IMG/VR virus record: IMGVR_UViG_3300025133_000023
DNA length: 64,000 nt
Strand: one strand, 5' to 3'
DNA from: a virus
Numbering within the stretch: the stretch's first letter is position 1; the number at the start of each line of letters is the position of its first letter. Under the pieces are notes generated by a model. That model was given only the letters and a program-made list of their open reading frames with translations, did no database searches and was not told the DNA's origin. A program made the translations under genes and the position numbers. Positions 8,424-16,940 of this stretch are shown here, piece after piece.

Positions 8424-10219
8424 TAGAGGGTCATCCTTTGATAGAGAGATGTGGCAATTATAGAAATACTTGGCTTCCCTAGATTCTGTAAACACCACTT
8501 GATAGTCTGCTTAACTAGCTCGTTTGAATATACTTTATCGTTTTGAAGCCATTCTATTGTTTCTTCTAGGTCACTAGGGTCTACCTTAACTAGAAGACTG
8601 TCTGGAATCAAAAGCTTTGCATCACTATGAACAATACACAGTGCCCCATGGACCGCAGCTTGAGCGATTAATGTTCCATCAGTGTTCGGATCAAGGTCCA
8701 CAACAATGCCAGACATTCCCAGTAGGTTATTAATTGATGTTTCAGATTCACTACGCCAACTGGTGACATCACTAACTGTCTTCCTATCTAGTCTAATCTG
8801 ATCTCTAAAGATGGGTAAGGAAACGATCTGTGTAGGCTTCCTAACTCCAGCATCCCAAATATATTCAGCTTCTTTTGGAGTAGAGCATATGATTACATCA
8901 TAGTATTTAGCTAAGCGGAGAGCAGCCAGCTTATCCACCGGTCCCGGCACAATAGCATAAACACAATTTATGATGCCCTTAGGGGGTAGCTTAGCTTTGG
9001 GTCCAATATTGTCTGTGGAGATAATATCGATAACAATATCCTTCTTATCTATGGCAATTGCGTTTTCAAGGATTGTGTAACCAGCTTCTGTCAGTCCACG
9101 TTTTAGCCCGCGCTTAATAGCTTCAGCCCTGGGGTCTTGTCCTAAGCTGTGAAGAATAAGCTTGTTCTCAGCAAAGGCACCTTCAGGCAGTTTGTACTCA
9201 AGCTTCTTGAGGACATACTCTTGAACCTTGGCAACTGGAAGATCATTCATGCAAGCATGATTATAGCTACATCTAGCATACCAACAATACTGACATCCTA
9301 GCTCTGCAGTGACTGCAATAGCTCCAGGGTAGTGATTGATACGGGCTGCTGGATCAGTGGGCCCAAAGATAGAAACAATATTCAGTCCAAGCGCGCCAGC
9401 CAAATGTAGCATGCCACTGTCAGGGCCAACAAAAAGATCAGACTCATTAATTAACGCCGCCGCAGGCCGGAAGCCAAACTTCTCAGCCGTAGTGTTTGGC
9501 TGTCCCCAGGAATCGGCCCGTCCATTAAAGTCATCAATGATAATTCTCACATCAGGTCGGAAGGCTGTTATCTGGTTAATCAGCTGGGTAGTTTTATCCA
9601 CAGGCCAAGAACGCCTATGGTCGACTGAAGCTACAGAGAGGAAGATAAGCTTATAGCTATCTCTTTCTCCCCACTTTTGCTCTAGCCATTTCTGCGCCCA
9701 TTCTACCTCATCAACCTTGGGTTTGTAAATAGGAGAATACTGTCTTAGCTGAATTCCTACGTACTTGGCAAACAGGTCAATACGATTGATGGGAGGATTA
9801 GATGTCTTCTCATAGGAAGGACAAACACTAGTCACATCAGCAAAGTAATCATAAATCCCTGGATCAATTGTCCGGAAATCTACAATTGTATCAATGTCTG
9901 GATTGTTTTCTACCACCCTAAAAAGGGTAGGGTCTGTAGCATAAGTAATAATACAATTCGGATACTCTTGACGGATAGCCCTAACGGTTGGGGTTGTCAT
10001 AAGAACATCACCCAATCCACCCAGCTTACGTTGAATACAAATTTGAAGAGCTGCTTCCTTATTTTCAAAGGAAAACTTTGAGTGGGCTCTGATGAGTTCA
10101 TGCTGAGCACGAAACTTAGTCCGAGTAAAGCCACCCGGAACTCTCGACACAGGAGCTCGACTCTTAGGCTTAAGAGTTCGTGATCCCCGCGAAGAATTCT
10201 TGCGGAAAATATTGGGCAT
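8423..10219 (-). CDS. GT9-family (ADP-heptose:LPS heptosyltransferase-like) glycosyltransferase with a basic N-terminal extension and an additional C-terminal domain
   Basis: GGLGDVLMTTPTVRAIRQEYPNCIITYAT, RRSWP, FVGPDSGMLHLAGALG, VSIFGPT. SD GGAGG upstream. Confidence 0.88.
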   Translation of the reverse strand: MPNIFRKNSSRGSRTLKPKSRAPVSRVPGGFTRTKFRAQHELIRAHSKFSFENKEAALQICIQRKLGGLGDVLMTTPTVRAIRQEYPNCIITYATDPTLFRVVENNPDIDTIVDFRTIDPGIYDYFADVTSVCPSYEKTSNPPINRIDLFAKYVGIQLRQYSPIYKPKVDEVEWAQKWLEQKWGERDSYKLIFLSVASVDHRRSWPVDKTTQLINQITAFRPDVRIIIDDFNGRADSWGQPNTTAEKFGFRPAAALINESDLFVGPDSGMLHLAGALGLNIVSIFGPTDPAARINHYPGAIAVTAELGCQYCWYARCSYNHACMNDLPVAKVQEYVLKKLEYKLPEGAFAENKLILHSLGQDPRAEAIKRGLKRGLTEAGYTILENAIAIDKKDIVIDIISTDNIGPKAKLPPKGIINCVYAIVPGPVDKLAALRLAKYYDVIICSTPKEAEYIWDAGVRKPTQIVSLPIFRDQIRLDRKTVSDVTSWRSESETSINNLLGMSGIVVDLDPNTDGTLIAQAAVHGALCIVHSDAKLLIPDSLLVKVDPSDLEETIEWLQNDKVYSNELVKQTIKWCLQNLGKPSISIIATSLYQRMTL

Positions 10220-10245
10220 TCATTGCCTCCGATTTTACTTAAAGA

Positions 10246-11772
10246 TTACCAGGTCCAATTAAGGCCTAGCCCAAGGAAGAGAGCATCGTCTGTGTAGGTG
10301 TCTGCAGCGTCTGTAGCTGCGAGGCGACTTATCTTAATATTAATAAGACCAAGGCCACTGACTCCATTCTCAAGCGTTTGAGTAGCGTATTCAAAGTTCT
10401 GCACATCGTCAGCATTGGCGATGGTGAAGACATTGCTTTCTGCCAACCCCCAAGTGCCAGCAAAGGTTTCAGCATCCCCTACCACATCCACATCAGTACC
10501 AGCTAAACCATAGTGTAGATAGAACGCAGCGCCACTGCCACCACCCGGAACGGAGGTTCCCATTACATAAATGGTCGCCTGAACGGTAGCAGGCAAAGTC
10601 CCATCCTCTCGACGGGGGACTTCGATTACCAGAGATGCATACTCATCATCCATACCATCATAGGCAAGAACAATAGCTGCAAAAGCAGCAGCTCCTGCCC
10701 CTTTGATAAGGCTAAGAGTCTCTGGAGTAGTAGCCACATGGGCATTAAACTCACGAGGATGCAACCACGAATGAGTTCTAGTCTGCTTAAGCCCAGAAGC
10801 ACTCTTAGTAAGAGTATCTCCGTCAAGCTCAAGCTGAAACTCGGTTCCCACAAGCTCAAGCCCATCTCCATCAGCAGTATAGGTAGTACCTGAAGCAACC
10901 CTGGGCTCCCATTCAGAACTGACGTTGTTATAGGTGAGAACAAAATCAGCAGTGGGGGCTGCCCCACTAATAGCAACACCCTGAAGAGCACGAGCATTCC
11001 ACCAGTTACCATTATTAAAGGCCGTAATTCCATTAGCACTTTTACTAAGAACAGTGTCACCTGTGGTATCAATCTCCAAAGAAAACTGAGTACCAGTAAG
11101 CTCAATGCCCAGGCCATCGGCTGTGTAGGAAGCAGAGGCTGTCATGGCTGCATCCAATGCACTGATAGCTGCCTCAAGGCTAGTGTTCTGGGTGATGTGG
11201 ACAGTAGAGCTATAGTCAGGAGTACTATCGCCTACCCCGTCACTACCGATGAAGGCTCGAATAGCATCAAGCTGAGCATCCATTGAGCCTGGGCCAGACG
11301 TTAGGGTAGCATCAAATGCCTTTAACCCAATGTAGGCCTTGGTATAGTCTGAGATGGGGTCATTATTAATCTGGAAAAATGCCTGATTAATGGCAGTGAT
11401 AGAGGCATCTAGCTGACCAGCCAGCTTTAAGATCGTTTCCTTGATGGTGAGTTTTCTACCACCGTCCCAGAAGAGCACACTGCTCTTATTGGTTGCAGTG
11501 TTGTCAGTCCAAACCTGGTCACCGCTAAGACCATTTTTAATAGCATCAAGAGCATCCCCAATTGGAGTATCTGTTGCATTGTCTGCATCAAGAATACCAA
11601 GTGGTAGCTGAGCAATCAAAGGCCTTAAGGTATTGTTATAGACCGACTGCAGCTCTTGTATATCACGGGAAAGCTCATTAAAGGTTGAGTTAATACGCTT
11701 TACGCTAAACCCACCACCTTCGGGGGTTTTACGTGACCTTGTGCGTGAAACAATAATTGGGACAGTAGACAT
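10246..11772 (-). CDS. Fibre-like virion structural protein with internal repeats
   Basis: N-terminal coiled-coil-like region, two YTADG...TKSA.G repeats, acidic T/A/G/D-rich composition, last gene of the structural block. Confidence 0.55.
   Translation of the reverse strand: MSTVPIIVSRTRSRKTPEGGGFSVKRINSTFNELSRDIQELQSVYNNTLRPLIAQLPLGILDADNATDTPIGDALDAIKNGLSGDQVWTDNTATNKSSVLFWDGGRKLTIKETILKLAGQLDASITAINQAFFQINNDPISDYTKAYIGLKAFDATLTSGPGSMDAQLDAIRAFIGSDGVGDSTPDYSSTVHITQNTSLEAAISALDAAMTASASYTADGLGIELTGTQFSLEIDTTGDTVLSKSANGITAFNNGNWWNARALQGVAISGAAPTADFVLTYNNVSSEWEPRVASGTTYTADGDGLELVGTEFQLELDGDTLTKSASGLKQTRTHSWLHPREFNAHVATTPETLSLIKGAGAAAFAAIVLAYDGMDDEYASLVIEVPRREDGTLPATVQATIYVMGTSVPGGGSGAAFYLHYGLAGTDVDVVGDAETFAGTWGLAESNVFTIANADDVQNFEYATQTLENGVSGLGLINIKISRLAATDAADTYTDDALFLGLGLNWTW
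10792..11127 (-). repeat. Two intragenic peptide repeats of about 30 aa (YTADGLGIELTGTQFSLEIDTTGDTVLSKSANG at ~11029-11127; YTADGDGLELVGTEFQLELDGDTLTKSASG at 10792-10881)
   Basis: Direct comparison of the translation. Confidence 0.85.
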
Positions 11773-11775
11773 AGA

Positions 11776-13830
11776 TTAACCTAGCTTGATTGTGTAAGAG
11801 TCGATGAATGGCGACACAGAAGGGTCTGAAGTGCTTAGGATAGCCCTTAAGGTAATGTTAGTAAAAGTTCTTGTGGGGAGTTTGTACTCTACCCTGAAAC
11901 GTTCACTGAAGTGATCACCAAAACTCTGTTGAGTCTTAAATATAAATGCAATATTGCCAGAAGCATCTACTCTTCGAGTATACACTCCGAGTTCTCCAGT
12001 GTCAGAGAGGCTATCGAACTCCTGCTGAGAGACAAAGACTATCTTCCTTTCTGCCCAGAACACCCCTCCAGTATAAATCTTCTCTCCGGTAAAGCCCGTA
12101 GGATATGGATAGCCTTCTACAATATACTTATGGTTATAGGGATAAAGGGAATCGCTTGCTTCTAGAAGGACTTCTGTGGTTAATGGAGTTGTCGTATCGA
12201 GTAGCTTCCAGTTCTCTGCATCTGTTTGGAATAGATAGTCCCCCTTGCTTAGGAGGATAGCCCCTGTTCGCTCTACTCCATCAATCTTTGCTGAAGTGGA
12301 GCCTAGGTTAATCTCATATCCATTAGGATCATCTACTCTAAGGATGGTTTGATAAACATTCGTCTCTACATCCAAAGACCAACCAGAGGATATTCCCCTA
12401 ACGATCTCATCACGATTTCCTAGGTTACGATATACCACATAGGTAGTTTCATTAATGTCTCCTACAGAAGCCAAAGGAACAAAGGAGTTCAGCGCAACAT
12501 CTGATATTCCATTCAGAGTAATGCCGTGAGCCGCTGTTGAGTCCAGAGCTTCAGCGTCCTTGGTTGCATCGAAAACACTAGTAGACCCTACATTGTTAAC
12601 AGGGACAGAGTCTGTAAAATCAATTACCTGTGGGTGAGAAGGAGCACCGTCACCCAAGGATGAAATCGGAATAAAGGTAACGCCATCTGGGCTTACCCAG
12701 TAGTAGATATCAGTTCCCTCAGGCTTAAAGTCACAAGTATGAAGGGCAACCTTTGAGAAGGTTTTAACTACACCATCGTTGTCTTCTACGCTAAGGGCAT
12801 TGGACTCAAGAAGAGTTCCAAGGGCTACATCAAACTTGGGGCGATAGAAGCTAACATTCTTACACCCAAATTCATACACAAAGTTATTATCGATGTCTAC
12901 GTCATCATAGCCTGACTTGGAGATAATGAACTTAAAGAACCGAGCCTGAATCTCGGGGAACATCCATACCCCTGGACTGCTTACAAGGCTAATGCTTGGC
13001 TGACCTGGGACTAGGACAAAGTCAACCCCATTCTGACTATACATAAGACTTACTACAAAGGCACTCGTACCAGTAGAGCCAAAGGGAACGAAGGTTGCCT
13101 TGCTTACTGCCTTACTCTCTCCCATATCTACAAGTAGACTGTGGGTAATAACTTGAGCAGTTGAAGTTCTAACCACAGAGAGCCACTTAGAGTATTCATC
13201 ATCGATAGCATGAACTACTCCCATTCCTGCTGGGGTCTCCTGTAGGACAAGGCTGTTTGCAGAGAGAAGTTGAGCGCTTGCTATCCATGCATCGTCTGGA
13301 AGAATCCTTGCCGCTCCATTAGGAATCCACTCTTCCCTCATGGCAGCAATGCCTGCATTCGTATCGATTCTTGCAGTCGTTAGGGTCTGATTGATTTGCT
13401 CCATGTTGACGAAGTCGTCAGAAACATAAGCAAAGTATCCAAGGGTATCTCTCTTGAGAAGAAGAAGGTTTTCAATTCGGTCTTCCAGGCTAATCAAACT
13501 TCGCCTTACTGACTCATAATAGGCAGCCCATCGTCTCTCTTGCTTAATGGTAGCTACACTCAGGTCTTTGATCGTGTCATACATTGCTGTGATGTCACGG
13601 TGCTGGCTTGTAAGGGTAGTGTTCCACTTGGAAGCCGAGGCGGTTTCATAATGGACAATATCAAAACTTTCTAAGGCGATAAGGGGCCTATCGCCCAACA
13701 GTGGATTGCTAGCTTCCAGCTCCACCACCTGCTCTTCCAGTTCATCCATATTGGGAACTGTTCCCAGCTTCAACTCCTGTAGGAGGAAGTCGGTAAAGAG
13801 AACGTTATGATATCTGCCCTTTAAACTCAT
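11776..13830 (-). CDS. Baseplate/fibre-associated structural protein (paralogue 1 of 3)
   Basis: Helical N-terminus followed by a discoidin-like segment (LLVDMGESKAVSKATFVPF) and a C-terminal LRAILST...SPFIDSYTIK, shared with the two upstream genes. Confidence 0.6.
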   Translation of the reverse strand: MSLKGRYHNVLFTDFLLQELKLGTVPNMDELEEQVVELEASNPLLGDRPLIALESFDIVHYETASASKWNTTLTSQHRDITAMYDTIKDLSVATIKQERRWAAYYESVRRSLISLEDRIENLLLLKRDTLGYFAYVSDDFVNMEQINQTLTTARIDTNAGIAAMREEWIPNGAARILPDDAWIASAQLLSANSLVLQETPAGMGVVHAIDDEYSKWLSVVRTSTAQVITHSLLVDMGESKAVSKATFVPFGSTGTSAFVVSLMYSQNGVDFVLVPGQPSISLVSSPGVWMFPEIQARFFKFIISKSGYDDVDIDNNFVYEFGCKNVSFYRPKFDVALGTLLESNALSVEDNDGVVKTFSKVALHTCDFKPEGTDIYYWVSPDGVTFIPISSLGDGAPSHPQVIDFTDSVPVNNVGSTSVFDATKDAEALDSTAAHGITLNGISDVALNSFVPLASVGDINETTYVVYRNLGNRDEIVRGISSGWSLDVETNVYQTILRVDDPNGYEINLGSTSAKIDGVERTGAILLSKGDYLFQTDAENWKLLDTTTPLTTEVLLEASDSLYPYNHKYIVEGYPYPTGFTGEKIYTGGVFWAERKIVFVSQQEFDSLSDTGELGVYTRRVDASGNIAFIFKTQQSFGDHFSERFRVEYKLPTRTFTNITLRAILSTSDPSVSPFIDSYTIKLG

Positions 13831-16800
13831 ACGATTGATTGGTCCAAGACCCTAAATCTAAGATCTCTTAGTACTGGGGTATAGAAAGGAGCTACCTCAA
13901 CTAGGTTTTGGGTAAGCTCAGGAATATATCCATAGAGGTAGTCTACCTTACCAGAGAACAACTGCTCAGTTTCCAGTGAGATAGTGTTGTCCTCTACGTC
14001 AACAGAGAACATTGTCTCTGGGAGAACTCTAGCTACATTATACTTCAACTGATAAAGGGTATAGCGGTAAGAAACTCCCTTACCGTCTTCGACAGTATCA
14101 ATGCAATAGATGATTCCGTTCTTATAGTCAACAGAGTATCGACCATCCGTAGAGGTAGCAAACCCACTACTATAGGTGTAGGTGGTTGATCCAATCTCTG
14201 TCTCGGAGCCAGTGTAATAAACCTGAATGATACCGGTAGCATAATCAATATTGTACTGACCCTCAACCCCCGGAACACCACCTACCTCCGTTACGAAAAG
14301 ATCTGTCCTTGAGAAGACAACTCCAGTCCCCTGAAACAAAGCATTATCCGTACCGTGAGCAAGAGTAAAGGTAAATACTGGACTAGAGTCTACATCCGGA
14401 ATAACCTCAGCCTGAACTCGTAGGTTTTGATAAAGCTCATCGTGCCCATTAGCAAAGACTACCTCTACGGGAGCTACTGCTGGGAGGAAGATATCATCAG
14501 GCATAATGACGCTTCCCTTAACGATATTCTTCTGACTAAGACGAATAACATATCCAGTATTGGTACTGACATTGGTCTCTTCCGTTGGCGGGAAAAAGTA
14601 ACCATTAAAGCCATAAGGAGCTCTGATCGTACCGGTAACATCGCTACCCGCTCCTGGAACAAAGTTGTCAGAAGCAACGACAATCCTATCAAAACCATTC
14701 TCTCTTGTAGAGTATGTGAAACCGATATCTCTATAGATTGGGAAGTATCTATAGCTAACCATTGTGATATTCGTAGAGGAGGTAGCGTTAAAACTAGTGA
14801 TAACTCCATGCTCATAGTCTACGTAATAGTCACCAGCTAGGGTTAAGTCATCAATGCTTGCAACTTCAGTTTGAAATATGCCAGAAGTGATTAGCGTTCC
14901 AGTAAGGTCTCGCTCTGTAATCTGGAAAGACCAATTATGAAGGGTTGCTTCGGTTGAGATAATCTTCTTATGCTGAAGCTGGATGTTTGTCTGACCTTTG
15001 GGAAGGATATAGCTAACAACACCAGAAGGACTGCCCAGCCTTTCTAGGGAACTTCGGCCCACAACACCATCTGAACTAAACTCAAGATTAGCTGCAAAGC
15101 CATTACTGATTGAAGCAAACGTAACAGCTTCGGGAGTAAAGTGCATCCTTACCTTAGCTCCAGCCGGAACAGCCTTACCGTTCGTCCCGTCTCCAAATAC
15201 AATCTTAGCAATACCATCTTCGCTACCCAGTCTGTAAACCAAATCAGTTGAACTATAGAGAGAAAGGTTTCCTACAAGCCCCCACTCAACTCCATCCACA
15301 GAAACAACTAGACTACTAGCTGGAAGCTCATCGATAGCAAAGGGAGCAAACAATTCGAGCTGTCCACCATTCCCAGTACCAATAACAAACGGAACGCGCG
15401 TCGTTCCGTTTGGTCCTCTTGTTGCGATGGTTTCCAAAACGGTGACATCATCTGAGGCTAGAGTTTCTGTAGGGGAGATGAGAGCTGGAGTAATCTCCGG
15501 GTTGACAATAGTGCTTTCTGACTTACGAACTACAGACTCGGTCTCTTCTCCAAAGTTTTCATTGGTAGTAAAGGCTCCACTGTTTCTTTTCAGTACAGCT
15601 CTCCACAGAAATGAACTAGTCACAACCAAATCATCAAAGGTTAAAACCTCTGGAGTGTCGAAGGAGTCCCTCTTTAGTGGCTGAATTTCTTGCCAGTCCT
15701 GACCTTCGTCAGTTGAAATATAAAACTTTATACTTCCAAAAGCAGAACTCTTGGGACGATAGGCAGCAAGAAGGCCAACCTTAAACATGTCTAGGGTAAT
15801 AGATCTACCCTTGGAAATAATCTCAGACTCTTCTGCAAACTCTACAGCCTTAATATCTATTGACCGAACGCCAATAGCCATTCGATACTTATCAACTCCA
15901 AGCTGAGTTGGATAGATGTAGGGTGTAGATTTTCTAAGGCGAACACTTACATGCTTTGCCTTATGGGGTAGGAAGGTATAAGTGAACTTACCATTCCACA
16001 TAGATGAACTTGGGTTTAGGAGGAAAACATCACTCTCAGTCTCGTTTGCATAATCTTTTAAAGGGATGGAATCCTTAACGGAAGTCCAGGTTTCCCCATC
16101 ACGGCTAACACTAATATCAAGGATCTCAACTTCGTCTAGGGTGCCGAAGTTGACTGGGTCAATGACAATTCTATTTACAATGGCAGGCTCCTCGAGAGCT
16201 AGCCTTAAGTTAACCGTGAGGGGAACAATGCTGGCCGCCTCATCAAGGTAATATGTTTTCTCAAACTCTGCCCATGTGTCGGCGTTGAAGTCTTTAATGG
16301 AATCTAAATTATTCCTAGGTGTAAGACTTGCAATTCCTTCGTTATTTCCTAGGACTCCCTCAAAGCTAGTAGTGTCTAGTTCTACAGAGTCTATCTGTAT
16401 ATTAGTTACAGCCGTTTCACCTAGGGTCACAATACCTTCGTCTAGGACAACACTCGCTTCAGTAAGACTCAGCTTACTAGACCCAATGTCTAGTAGGTCA
16501 ACATTAGTAAAAGACTCACTGACTAACTCTCCAGCCGATCCTTCATAAAGCTTAAGGTCATCAAGCTTACTGGCAATACGTCGGATTGAGCCAAGGAGAT
16601 CATCTCGCTCAATCGTTGTCTGGTTAAAGGTACTTACAATAAGTTCACCCAACAACTTTAAGCGGAGGAATAGGATGGCAATATCTCTACCAACATCACG
16701 CATCTCTTCATTGTGCAAACTTGTTTCAGGAGCAGAATCTGGGACAACTCCAATAGGGTCGAAGACTGCCTTCCCTACTGAGTCTTGAAACTCTCCAACT

Positions 16801-16940
16801 AGCTGAGACCACATCTGTAGGAGCTCTTCTCTTGTTTGAAATGCTCCCGATGCAAAAGCAACAGAAAGCTCATCAAGAAGAACCTTAAGTCGGTTTCTCT
16901 CTACGGTTAAGCTAGGAGCCTGTAGGGCATTATATGGCAT
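13827..16940 (-). CDS. Large baseplate wedge/fibre-attachment protein (paralogue 2 of 3)
   Basis: Same N-terminal architecture as its neighbours; IVFGDGTNGKAVPAG motif of T4 gp6-like wedge proteins; repeated Y.vDY..GiI motifs. Start set at MPYN (16940) to avoid an 89-bp overlap. Confidence 0.6.
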   Translation of the reverse strand: MPYNALQAPSLTVERNRLKVLLDELSVAFASGAFQTREELLQMWSQLVGEFQDSVGKAVFDPIGVVPDSAPETSLHNEEMRDVGRDIAILFLRLKLLGELIVSTFNQTTIERDDLLGSIRRIASKLDDLKLYEGSAGELVSESFTNVDLLDIGSSKLSLTEASVVLDEGIVTLGETAVTNIQIDSVELDTTSFEGVLGNNEGIASLTPRNNLDSIKDFNADTWAEFEKTYYLDEAASIVPLTVNLRLALEEPAIVNRIVIDPVNFGTLDEVEILDISVSRDGETWTSVKDSIPLKDYANETESDVFLLNPSSSMWNGKFTYTFLPHKAKHVSVRLRKSTPYIYPTQLGVDKYRMAIGVRSIDIKAVEFAEESEIISKGRSITLDMFKVGLLAAYRPKSSAFGSIKFYISTDEGQDWQEIQPLKRDSFDTPEVLTFDDLVVTSSFLWRAVLKRNSGAFTTNENFGEETESVVRKSESTIVNPEITPALISPTETLASDDVTVLETIATRGPNGTTRVPFVIGTGNGGQLELFAPFAIDELPASSLVVSVDGVEWGLVGNLSLYSSTDLVYRLGSEDGIAKIVFGDGTNGKAVPAGAKVRMHFTPEAVTFASISNGFAANLEFSSDGVVGRSSLERLGSPSGVVSYILPKGQTNIQLQHKKIISTEATLHNWSFQITERDLTGTLITSGIFQTEVASIDDLTLAGDYYVDYEHGVITSFNATSSTNITMVSYRYFPIYRDIGFTYSTRENGFDRIVVASDNFVPGAGSDVTGTIRAPYGFNGYFFPPTEETNVSTNTGYVIRLSQKNIVKGSVIMPDDIFLPAVAPVEVVFANGHDELYQNLRVQAEVIPDVDSSPVFTFTLAHGTDNALFQGTGVVFSRTDLFVTEVGGVPGVEGQYNIDYATGIIQVYYTGSETEIGSTTYTYSSGFATSTDGRYSVDYKNGIIYCIDTVEDGKGVSYRYTLYQLKYNVARVLPETMFSVDVEDNTISLETEQLFSGKVDYLYGYIPELTQNLVEVAPFYTPVLRDLRFRVLDQSIV

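Noticed and set aside
1-10219. Interpretation of the sugar cluster as flanking host LPS operon (prophage boundary)
   Set aside because: Same strand, same tight overlaps and similar codon style as the phage genes; no att site, integrase, flippase or polymerase seen. Not fully excluded without read-level data.
10626-11117. 163-aa Leu-rich minus-strand ORF resembling a membrane protein or spanin
   Set aside because: Fully nested in the +1 frame of the fibre gene; Leu-richness follows from NCT/NTT codon usage; no lipobox or SD seen.
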